Source: Moniliella sp. 'wahieum' (Eukaryota). From it: a stretch of DNA of 64,000 nucleotides. The position numbers were made by a program, and so were the translations under genes. The notes below the pieces were generated by a model. The model did no database searches. It had not been told where the DNA came from and saw only the letters and a list, made by a program, of their open reading frames with translations. Where the stretch lies: the NCBI GenBank assembly GCA_003971905.1, contig RSEE01000164.1:1-64000 (forward strand), read 5' to 3'. Below are positions 1 through 10,948 of the stretch, in pieces (the first letter of the stretch is position 1; each line of letters begins with the position of its first letter).

Positions 1-3000
1 CAGCAACTGGACGCCTCTCCCTCGCGCAAATCTCCATCCTCGCCCTCTGGGATCCATGTTCTGTCGCGACCAGTTGAACCTGGGCTACCGACGCGGACGA
101 GTTCGTCGGATTCACATGCGACACTGCCGTCATCATCATCGTTCCCGACGATAGGCATAGCGCCGGTGTCCCCTCCTGCATCATCATCGGCAACAAATAC
201 CAGTGGCTTCCCCACTACTGGACGTTCCTCTTTCGCTGGGAGCGCACGATCCCCATTTCCATCCCTCCCGTCTGGACGAGGGGTTTGGCACCGGCGCCAC
301 GCCCACGAAAGCAGTCCAAAGTACAGCGGATGGCAGCTCAATTGGAGCAACGCAGCACTGATGCCCCCCCTCCCGCACCAGCTCCGCTCTGGAGCCGTGC
401 TGATGCTCCCCCTCCGATAGCAACCGCGCTCCAGAGCCAGACTCCCGCGAATGCTTCCGCACCAAGTTTGCCTAGTCCCTCAACTCCACGCGGGAAAAAA
501 GGATCCAAGTCCCTCCCCGACGGCGTTCGCCCCCGCCTCGTGGTCGGCCGCATTCTCCACTTCCATCCAAGCGTGCGCACGAACCTTTCCCCCGTTACCT
601 ACATCTCCTCCTGTATCTCCATCGAGCTTGCCCGATGCGGCCAGCAGCTACAGGCTCTGTCGCAAACGCCGGCTACCTCCCTTTCGCCAAAGGCTCATAA
701 TGCGGTGCTTGACAAGGAGAAATCTCAATCGCCGGTATTGGGGGAACCTTTCAGCTGGTCATCCGAGCCGCCCACTGTGCCAACTCCAACCCTGATGTTG
801 GTCAGGCACCTTTATCTCCGCCCACGGGTGATCCAGTTCAGCGAGCGCGAGAACGTGCACGCCGTTTGGCGGCGCTGTCTCGGGGGAGCGCAGGATCCCC
901 GTCTGACCATCCGAACGAGCCAGGAGATCTATTCTTGCCGCACCAAAGTCCTCCCGCCCAGTTGTCCGCAGCAGTTCAGCCACCGGCTCCTGCTGTCGTG
1001 CTAGAGCAAGACCATTCTGTTTCACCTGCAAGCCCCCTCCCAGTCGCGCCGCCAGCCCCTGCATTCGACCTCAGGCCGGCCTCTTCGGTGAAACAATCAT
1101 TCGAATACGAGCATGCTCTCCGCTCCTCGGAGGATTTGGTGCCCAATTTGGATTTGGCCTCACCTGCTGTGCCTGCAGCTCGTCCGTCAGAGGATAGCAT
1201 GTCACCCTTCGAATTTGGTTCCTCGGGCGTTTCCACGCAACGTTTGCCGGAAGACATTTTTGCTCTCCCTCTGCAGGATCATTCGCCATCGGGACAGAAG
1301 AGGTAAAGGACATGCCCGATGCCCATGCGCTGCCTCAATCTGTCCAGATCACTACACCGCCCGCCTCGTCTGCAACAGCGCCCCTATCTCCCCTTGACCA
1401 CCCATCAACAGTGATGGCCACCGAACCGTCGCCAGTCACAACCCGAGTCTTTGGGACTGGCCCCTGCTGTTTTGACCGCAGGCTATCGAGCACTTCCTCG
1501 GCCTCGCGGCGATCGGAGGTTCCTCCAACATTGCGCGGACTAGAGTTGTTGACCGCCATGATCCAATCAGACGATCCCATGGTAGGCCTTCGGATTTGGA
1601 TCGCCCTCCCTCTTCTTCGGGCCTTGATACATCGGAAAAGCCCAGTGAGGTGCCGGCTGTTGCAGTAGAATCGCCTCACACACCGCTCCCTACTGCTTCT
1701 TGGGGCCCTCCGGAGGCAGCGTCTCCCTCGCGTTCGCCGTATGCGACATCCACATCCCATTCATCCCACCTAGCCCCAATACAACATCGGATCATCCTAT
1801 TCGACTCAATTCCCTACCCCCGGCGAACCACGATGATCGGCTACCTCCGTCGCATGTTCCAAGCAGCAGCAACAAGAGCAGCCCTCTGCTTTCTCCTCCC
1901 ACGGCAAAAGCGTCTTCGACACCGAGTATATTGTTGGGGCGTCTTCGCCTGAAATTTCTGGTACATTGGTTCCCGCGCCCGAGATTCCCGGGACTCTGGT
2001 CCCAGCCCCTGAGGTGCCGGGCACTTTGGTTCCTGCCCCTCGTGCGGTGGAGGAAGATATGAAGTCATCACATTCCTCTCGCTCTTTACTCAACTCTCCT
2101 CGGCTGAGTATGGCGAGTCTGCGGAAGTCCCCCCATCCTCCTCTTGAGTCTCCGCCCGTCATGGCGCTACCTAAGATTTTAGGCTTGGGATCTTCGCCAA
2201 GCCAACCTGAGCTGCTCCCACCTTCATCGTTCCGCCGGCCAGCATCGCTGACACGACGAAAAAGCGAGCACGATACGTCCCGAATGAGCTCGGGCTCATC
2301 AGGGCTGACTGCGCCGTCTTCTTCGGGGCCGCGTCGCTCGCCATCAGGAAAAGGAATTGGGAAACTTCTCTCCCGATTCGGAAGCATTGGTCGTCGGGGG
2401 AAGGACGAGACGGCTCCCGCATCCTAGTACACCGGGCCTCACTCCAATCCATCCATCTCCCCGAGGTCGGCCTGAACCCCAGCCAGTACGCCAAATTGCC
2501 GACTTGAGCGAAGCATTCGCTTCATCTCCTCCCGGTACCGACACGTTCCCTCGTACAACCTTGTCTGAATCCTCCCCGTTGGTTGCCGAGAAGTCTGACC
2601 CAAGCACGCGGATCGAGGCAAACGATTCGTCTGCTCACAAGACGCCTTCTATTACATCTTCAGGCCGCAATTTCAATGCAAGGACTGATAGCGGGAGTAT
2701 ACCCGAACAGCCCCATGGGACCGAAAACGCGACCCTTCCTCAAGATTCTGCCCCATTGCAACAACCTTCTACCTCTCTCCCCCAAGAGCCCGAACTGCCA
2801 CCCCCCACATCTCCAACCGAGTCACAACACAAGCAGGAGTCGCGCAAAACGGGTCGGGAAGTGGTCCGTCGCACGCTGATCTTCATTGACGATGGGGATG
2901 AGAAACGCAAGTCGCTCTTGTCCCTCGCGGCCAAGCACAAATCACTCCGAAAGCCTGATGATACGGCCGAGGCGGAACTGATGGATCTGCTCAAACGCCA

Positions 3001-4174
3001 GTCCTACCATTCTTCATCTCAAGCTGCTGCCATGGCTAGTCTTGAAGGAAGAAAGGCCTCTACGGATTCCCGTCATTCGGAGGACAGCCAATCGGTCGAG
3101 CACCTCGCTTTCTCTCCCCCTCTGCCCCGGTCTTCCTTGCCGGACCACCATTCCCGCATCTCGAGCCGTTCCAGGAGGGCTCAAGTGCGAGTCGGGTCAC
3201 GGGAAGCTTGTACTCCAGTATGTTACTTGTCCTCTTTATATCGTTCCATCCCAAGTGATCCAATGACTAACTCTCCTTTTTCTTTTGTTACATCTAAGTG
3301 GATGACCATGTGCAGTTCGAAGCACGAGAGCATGAGATGCCTCCAATTCCTGCCGAGTACCGGGACATGGTCCGTGCTCGTCCCCTCCCAACGGTGCGGC
3401 CCTGTCCCCCTCAGTCAATGGTGCTGCCGCCTTTTCTCCCGCCTTGGCAATGGGGCGGATGGGATCGAGATTACGGAACATGCCGATGGAAGTGTGGTCT
3501 GGCAAGTGATCCGCGATCTGGCCAAGCGTCATTCGATGGTGTCGTCGACAGGGAGGGACAGTACGATTTATGGGGGTGACCGGATGAGTTACTTCCCAAG
3601 GGGGTTGCGCTCGCCCCGCTTCCGCGACTCGACCTATTCAGGGGACACAGACTCTGTATTTGAGTTTACACGCCTCTCCGAGTCATCTCCTCGACTTTCG
3701 GGCGCGTTCCCTCGACCCATGTCTGGGACCTCGGTTACCACTCCAGACGATTTGAGGAATTTCTTGACGTCCCATCGCATGGCCGTTCAGGCGGCACCGG
3801 ATACGGACGATTCGTACAATTTGCCACTGCCGGATTTACCTGCGCGCGAGGCTTTGGCGCACGCCCCTGAAGAAAGCGGGGACCAAGCAGCGACACATGT
3901 CATCTGGACTACGGACGATGACATTTCGGCTATGCTGGACTCGTTGTCTCGTGGAATCGACTCGGCCAAGTTCCAGATCAAGCTGGATGGAAATGATCCG
4001 GCAGCCTCTTCCTCGATTGCTGGGCCAAGCACCGGTCCGGGGGCTCATTGGGAAGAGGAGCATGCGCGCCGTCTCCGTGTTGAGGAGGAGATCTACAACC
4101 TCTTGGCTATGCATGGTTCCCCGCCGTCTGTACCTCCTCAATCGCCCCCGGGCCCGACGACGGGGCCCTTGTGA
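1..4174 (+). CDS. Large Pro/Ser-rich hypothetical protein, 5' partial, multiple frameshifts
   Basis: Chain of overlapping + ORFs running from the window start to TGA at 4174. Likely intron 3218-3298 (GTATGT, TGACTAAC, TAAG). Short ordered C-terminal segment (DGIEITEHADGSVVWQVIRDL). No domain recognised. Confidence 0.6.
1948..2040 (+). repeat. 30-bp coding tandem repeat x3 (PE[IV][SP]GTLVPA)
   Basis: Units at 1948, 1978 and 2008 translate as PEISGTLVPA, PEIPGTLVPA, PEVPGTLVPA, with mainly third-position differences. Confidence 0.9.
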
Positions 4175-4833
4175 ATTCATACCATGATGGCGAACCCATC
4201 CTCCCACCCTCACTTCCGTTTGGCTTGTCCATACCATTCTCTCTCTGTCCTTACCACTCCTTTGGACCATCTTGTGTGATCCTCACCATGCGCTGTCCCT
4301 GTGTGTATTTTGGTGCACGCGAATAATGGAGAGGGATAAACCGCATATCTCTGTCTTACCGGACCAACCATCTCATCTGTTTGCGGCCCAGAATCTTCTT
4401 GCCCCAGTTCCCCGGATCGCTTTGGCTCCATCTTTCTCTTATCCCGGATACCATATACTTGTGTTTTCCCACCATCTTTTTCCCCCACATAAGTGCAAGG
4501 ATTCCATGGACCAATTTAAACCCATAGCTGAGCTGGGGACGTGACTCGTGACGCGTGACTGGTGCGCAGTCGCCAAAAGTGGCGCCGGTAGGGATGCGAT
4601 CTGCAGACATCGAACATGAACGTTTCAAACGCGTATGGCTGGCATGTTCTGGCCTGGCATTGCGCTGCTTTCAACTCCATGGGACCACCGGTGGGCGCAG
4701 GCAGGCCAAGAGCGCAGGAACCCAGCGCCAGAACGCGCCTCCTTCTCCGCCGCCACCACCACCGCCTAGTCTGCTTCCTCCCCCTCCCCCCCTCTTCCTC
4801 CTCTTCTTCCTCTTGCGTCCCTCTCATTCCGCC

Positions 4834-5796
4834 ATGTCCAACGCTGTGGCACGCACGGCCTCAAAGCAGAGCGCCCCCTCTACCACCAGTGCCGACCTCG
4901 CTTCGATTGACTCTTCCACCCTACCGTCCGAGGCGCAGGAGAATATATTTCTCTTTGTACCCAACCTCATTGGCTACTCTCGCGTTTTCCTTGCCCTCGG
5001 AAGTCTTTTCTTCATGGACACGCACCCCAAGTACTGCACTGTACTGTACTGTGTCTCGTGCCTGCTCGATGCCTTCGACGGCATGGCTGCCCGCGCCCTC
5101 AACCAATCGACCAAGTTTGGCGCTGTACTCGACATGATCACCGACCGGTGCGTATCTCCCTTCACCTTTCTTTTCCTACGTCTGTTGCAGATACCGGCAG
5201 TGATTGACCATAAGACATGTCACAGGTGTACCACATCGTGTTTGCTGTGCTTCCTCACCGCGGCGTGGCCCAACTACAAAATCTTGTTCCAGTTGCTCAT
5301 TGCGCTCGACTTCAGTAGCCACTACATCCACATGTACGCGGCTGTTTCGGCAGGCTCCGCGTCACACAAGAAGGTGTCCAAGGAGACAAGCAAGTGGCTG
5401 TGGTATTACTACCACAACACAAATGTGCTTTTCAGCGTCTGTGCTGCCAACGAGCTATTCTTTGTCGCACTCTACCTCATGAAGTCTTACACCACACCAT
5501 TGGGAATCCAGCCCGCGTGTCTGCTCGCGCCCCTGTTTGGGTTTGATCGGGCGCGCTCTTCTATGTGGGTTGCCGCGGCTCTCAAGGGTTCTCAAGGGCC
5601 ATGCATCCAAACTCTCCTCCGCGTCACCGCTCAACTTACCTGGCCCCAACTCCTGGGCGCCCTCACGTTCCCTGTGTGTGCCCTCAAGCAGGTGATCAAC
5701 GTGATCCAAATCACCAAGGCTTCCTCGGCTTTGGCCCAGGCTGATCGGGTGGCACGGTATGAGGCCAAGGTGGCGGCCGAAGCCAAATCGCAATAA
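4834..5796 (+). CDS. PIS1: Phosphatidylinositol synthase (CDP-diacylglycerol--inositol 3-phosphatidyltransferase)
   Basis: ENIFLFVPNLIGYSR and CDP-alcohol phosphotransferase motif LLDAFDGMAARALNQSTKFGAVLDMITDR. Intron 5148-5225 (GTGCGT..CAG) restores TDRCTT. ATG in gccATG context. Confidence 0.95.
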   Translation: MSNAVARTASKQSAPSTTSADLASIDSSTLPSEAQENIFLFVPNLIGYSRVFLALGSLFFMDTHPKYCTVLYCVSCLLDAFDGMAARALNQSTKFGAVLDMITDRCVSPFTFLFLRLLQIPAVIDHKTCHRCTTSCLLCFLTAAWPNYKILFQLLIALDFSSHYIHMYAAVSAGSASHKKVSKETSKWLWYYYHNTNVLFSVCAANELFFVALYLMKSYTTPLGIQPACLLAPLFGFDRARSSMWVAAALKGSQGPCIQTLLRVTAQLTWPQLLGALTFPVCALKQVINVIQITKASSALAQADRVARYEAKVAAEAKSQ

Positions 5797-6570
5797 GGGC
5801 CCTCCGCCCCATCCCGCACAGTTTGAACCGAAGCAAGTTCTCGCATCCATTTCGGCTCTTTTGTCTTGGCAAGCGATTATCCATTCCACTCGTTCTTCTG
5901 ATATTCCCATTACGAGTCCCCTGGCACGAGCTACGAATCACTTCCTTGTGACCCTGCCTACGCCCGCGTTTCTTGTTTACTGGTCCTAAGGTCTCGCACA
6001 ACCTGACTGGTCCAACCGGAATGCACGTCTTCCTCCTCCCAGCCCCCACTTTTCCGCCTCATCCCTAGGGCAGCTGCCTTGGCAGTTGTTCTGGCTGCTT
6101 TATCAAGGTCTCCAGCCTCGGTTCATCCCGATACTAGTCCTAGCTTTTTGTGTAGAAAGAGCATCCACCACATACTACAGCACTTCGAAAAAATGTACAC
6201 CCACGTTGGTACCTGAGGAATCAGCCTGTTTCCTGATTCCTCGCTAGTAATAGTCTCCTAACTAGTATCCAGCACCCACGGAAACCCCGGGTGACCGCTT
6301 ACTGTTTGGAACAGAGCGGACCAAAGCAAGCTGCAGACACCATGATAGCATTACACCACTCCAGATCGCCAAAATTTTGGAGGGTATGGACCATGAAAAG
6401 GCCGCAAGACGGGCGGGCACAACCAAACGTCTCGACCCGCAGATGGAGACAGCTGGCAAGGGCGTGGACGCACGGGAGGGGGGGCTCTGAGGAGAAATGG
6501 CATATGAAGGGGGCGGGCAACAGGAAGGGCGGGTATGCAGGGCACGGATGTTTGTCAGAGCAAAATCCAT

Positions 6571-7018
6571 TTAGTGACCGGCACGGCGCTGCTCAGCGAT
6601 CACGTTCTGCAGGGCCTCGACCTTGGCCTTAGCGCGCTTGAGGGTACCAAGACGCTTCTTCATGAACTTGCGAGCGCGCTTGTCCTGCACCACACTCTCG
6701 AGTCAGTACAAACTCATTGCCAGGGCAGAATTGGGTCCAGGACCAGGATTCGCCAAGCACATGGATGAACGAGGGAGAAACACGAACCTTGGAGTTACGG
6801 AGGAGCTCCATGGCCCGGCGTTCGTAGGGGGCAAAGCCAGCAACCTCACGGATGACGGACTTGACAATCAAGTTCCGCTGCGACGTGTGGCCCTTCATCG
6901 CAGCCGGGCGAGCGGGAACCACGCGGCGCTCGGTCTTGTGGCCACGGGCAATGCCCCAAGCAAGGCCGGAGCGCTCAACGGTGGACTTGTGGATGGGGTT
7001 GGACGAGTTGCGGACCAT
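6571..7018 (-). CDS. RPL36: 60S ribosomal protein L36 (eL36)
   Basis: [26 protein letters not shown] joined to [25 protein letters not shown] across intron 6787-6685 (GTTCGT..CAG). Spliced CDS 345 nt ending TAA. Confidence 0.97.
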
Positions 7019-7230
7019 GATGAGGAGTACTGGGTGAAGGTGGCCTGCAACCGTTGCCATGCACTTCAAGCACAAGCACTAGACAGACAGGCGCACCCAA
7101 ACCCTACCGCCGACAGCTGCGGCAAGTTTTTTGTAGGGTTTTCCCTTTTTACCCTGGTAGTGTTGAGCTCAATTTGCACCGAACCGTGGAATTTGAAATT
7201 TTGAAGGAAACTACTACCGTGGGGTCACAA

Positions 7231-7410
7231 TGAGCGGTGACGCGGTGACGGTCACCTGACCTGACCAGCTTCCAGCTTCAAGCTTCAAGCTTCAAGCTTC
7301 ACTAGTGAGGCCCTCAGGCCTCGTTCCCATTCGCTGATTGGTGGCCTAGTGTTGTTGAGCATCAAACTTGAACATTGAATGTTGTCTGGGGGACCGGTGA
7401 CCTCACCGGT
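7231..7410. repeat. Palindrome-heptamer tract in the RPL36/SYG1 divergent promoter
   Basis: (AGCTTCA)x4 at 7274-7301 runs into TCACTAGTGA. GTGAC, CTCAG and CCGGTGA units nearby. Confidence 0.85.
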
Positions 7411-7602
7411 ACCAGAGCCGGTTCGCGGCCCGGGGTTACACCGGTGATGCAGGTGATGGATGATGCGTTGCGCGTTACAGTCGATTGACGATCCCATCCT
7501 GCTGGCGGCTGGGCCCTTGGGCCACACTCCTCCACTTCTCTGCTACCCTCCGCCCCACGGCGTGCCCCCGTGCTCGACAGTGCCCCGCACACCGCCTCCG
7601 GG

Positions 7603-10552
7603 ATGAAGTTTGGCCGCTACCTGGAGGACAATGCGCAGCCGGAGTGGCGCCGCGCCTACCTCGACTACAAGGGCCTCAAGAAGCTCATCAAGCAGGTCCA
7701 GGGCCGCCGCGCTCAGCGCATCGCTGGGCAGCGTAAGCTTGCTGCCATTTCCTCCTCGCCAGCTGCCCGCCGCTGGGGCAAAATCCGGGCCAGCTTGTTT
7801 CTTGCTGGCCGCACGTCATCCGGCGAGCACCAGCCGCTTCTGCCCAGCACACCGGCCTCAGGCGGACCTCAGAGTCCGAGCGCATCAGGCTACTTCTCTA
7901 GTGGTGCTCCCTCTCCACTCCTCTCCCCTACAGTAAACGTCCCTGCCGATCTTCCTTCCATCGATTTGGCCAAGACACGCATGACGATCAATGAGTCTGT
8001 CTGCTCTGTCCCGCTTCATCCTTCCTTTGCTCCACTTGACTCAGGCATGGGCCCCACCGCACGATTTGCTCCATCGCACAGCGGCCTATTTCATCCAACC
8101 GGTAGCTTGCGGAGAGGCCCCATCCGCCCGCCATGCCTTCAGTGACGGAGGTGGGCGCGTCGACCCCTGTACATTCCGACGAGGCTTCGTTTACCTCACC
8201 ATCCTCCGAGGTGGACCCCTTGGACAACGTTCAAAAGGCGGCCAATCGTACTTACCTCAGCTTGGTTGAAGCCCACTTTGACTATCCCGAGCGCATCTTC
8301 TTTGCCGGTCTCGATTCGGAACTGCACAAGATCAACACATTTTACCTTGAACGCGAGGCGGAGTTTGAGGCACGCTTCGCTATGATTGCCCGTCAGTTAC
8401 GCGAATTAGTCGATCATCGTCGTGCGTTCAAGCGCCATGCCAGCCAGCATAATGTCTTGGGCCATATGCGCCACTTTGTGGACCTAGTACCTGGACTACC
8501 GCACAGTTCCGCCCCAGAATCCTCGGGAGATCATCCTCCAGGTAAGCCCGGCCAAAACCCGTCTGGCCATACAACGCCCGGCCGCCAAACACGCCCCGAG
8601 AGTACGCGTAGGAGGGATAACCCTCCTCTCCGACGGGTCACCACTATCTACGATGAAGAGGAGCGGCGTTGGGTAGCCGCATTGGATCATGTACCTTCTG
8701 CGGTGGCGGAGCACATCATTGCCGATGATGAGCGGACAAGAAGCGATACTGCGGCTGCGGTTCAGAGCCGGGATCCTGAAGCGTACCTGGCCGCAGCCAA
8801 GAAACTCAAAAAAGCTATGATTGAACTGTACCGCGGTTTCTGCATCCTCAAAAACTACGCGATTCTCAACCGCACAGGCTTCGTCAAGATTCTCAAGAAG
8901 GCCAGCAAAGTATTTGGTATCCATGGCTTATCGGACGCTTACCTTGCAGCTCAGGCTAAGCCTTCGCCGCTTTACACCTCGCACACAATCGACGATCTTA
9001 TAAGTTCTGCTGAGGAGCTGTTTACGGCATACTTCGAGCAGGGTGATCGTAAGCGAGCGTTGACGCGCTTGAGAAGCGTAACTAGTGGGTTTGATTCGAC
9101 TGCTCGAACCCATTATGCCTCAGTCTTCCGGGCTGGCATGGCGACGGGCCTGGCGGCAACGATGACCTTGGATGCCGTGGGAAATGCGCTAGAGATTGAT
9201 CCCCTGGCTCGGGGACCAGAATGGGAGTTTTTGGCGTGTTTACACGGCATTTTACTTGCCCACTACCTTTGCGTTTCTTTTCGGCGTCTGCCGTTTGGCG
9301 TTCCAACACTACCGCATCAATGCACCCTTCATTTTTGAGTGGGATCCACGGTCCACATTAGACCCTCATCAATCATTTGAACTGCCGGCTTGGCTCTTGC
9401 TTTCACTTGCTTTGGCTGCACGACTCTCGTTTCCTGACCCGGATGAGCCTGGACCTCCACCTTCCATCCCCCCCACGGCGTGGCCTGCTATCTGGTTGGC
9501 TGCAACAATTTTTGTCCTTCTTGTTCCGATGCGCGTCTTATGGCCCGATACCCGTGGATGGCTGCGCGAGGCTGTTCTTCGCGTTCTGTCAGCTGGCTTA
9601 GTTCCTACGTCCAGATATGCAGTCCAGTTTTCTGACTTCATTCTGGGTGACGTTGGCACCAGCTTGACCTTCTCCTTATCCACTTTGTGGCTGATGCAAT
9701 GCCAGTATCAACGAGGGGGATGGACCTGGAGCCAAGCTGGGAACGGAACATGCGACCCCAACACAAGCCGCTGGACAGGAGGCTTGTCCATGCTACCCCC
9801 ACTGATTCGTTTAACCCAGTGTCTACGCCGTTGGGTCGATTCGAGGCAAACGGTGCACTTGGTCAACGGTGGTAAGTACACGGTCAGTATTCTCAACGCG
9901 TATGCATACGCCCGCTGGCGCTGGATGGGATCGGGTCCAAGTGGACTTGGCTTGTGGCTGTGCACCGCAACACTCAACTCGGCCTACTCGGGTTCATGGG
10001 ATGTGTTGTTGGATTGGTCCTTGGGCAAGACACGCCCCGGGCTGGGGCCTGATGGTCAACCCCATCGGCTCGGCAAGCGGTTCCACTTTTTGCTCCGGGC
10101 AGATCTGATGTACCATGAGCAATGGCCCGTGTACTACTGGGCAATGGCGAGTGACTTGGTTCTCCGTCTTTCTTGGCTTCTCTACCTCATCCCTCTCCCT
10201 GGTTCCTTGTCCAGTGGGCTGGCCCGAGCTTTACTGGTGGCTTGGCTCGAAATGTTCCGGCGATGGCAGTGGATGTTCCTACGTGTGGAGAACGAGCATT
10301 TGGGTAACGCGGATCGTTACCGTGCCACGGTTGACATGCCTCTACCGTACGATATGTCCTCCGCTCAAGAAGACGACAAGCACCGCTTCGGCCATTGCCC
10401 AGACACCCTCCGACGGATTTGGCACCGATGCTGACACCAATGCCCCCGAATCCGACGACGCTGATACGGGCGTCAGCGACGTCGAGGGGAACCGGCTCGG
10501 CAGCAGGATTCTTCTCGTTCAAGCCAATGAACTCTATACATTGTCGTTTTAA
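7603..10552 (+). CDS. SYG1: SPX-EXS domain phosphate exporter (Syg1/XPR1/PHO1 family), frameshifted
   Basis: SPX start MKFGRYLEDNAQPEWRRAYLDYKGLKKLIK, ELHKINTFY, LKNYAILNRTGFVKILKK. EXS motifs FSDFILGD, HLVNGGKY, EMFRRWQWMFLRVENEHLGN. Confidence 0.93.
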
Positions 10553-10948
10553 TCGCATCTTTCAGTGTTACACCCAAAGCCATCATGCAGTTCTATGTCT
10601 CCTTGTCCCTCTTCCGTGCTCATCCGTCGATTGGAGCTTGAGCGTACTATCTATGGTTTAAAAGCGGTCCTCCCTCCATTTTACTGTGCGTACTTAGTAT
10701 CTAGTCCATCTTAGAAACTTCTGGCGCCTATCGTAAGAGTGAGATCCGACCGATCACTACATCTGGGGCCCCCTAGATCGTCGTCCAAGGTCAGCGCGGT
10801 CAGCGTACTAGCTAGCATTCAAGAATTCAAGGATGACAGATGAGATCGACAGGACGTGCTCAGAACCCATCTGATCGAGCATTGCGAATCCCGTGAATTA
10901 CAAGCGAAAGGTCCAAAAAGATGTGATGGAGTGAGGGCATACTTGGAC

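Noticed and set aside
6270..6490. RNase MRP RNA (GAAACCCCGG and GGGGCTC resemble the P4 strands)
   Set aside because: The conserved regions match only partially and the GARAR loop is not evident.
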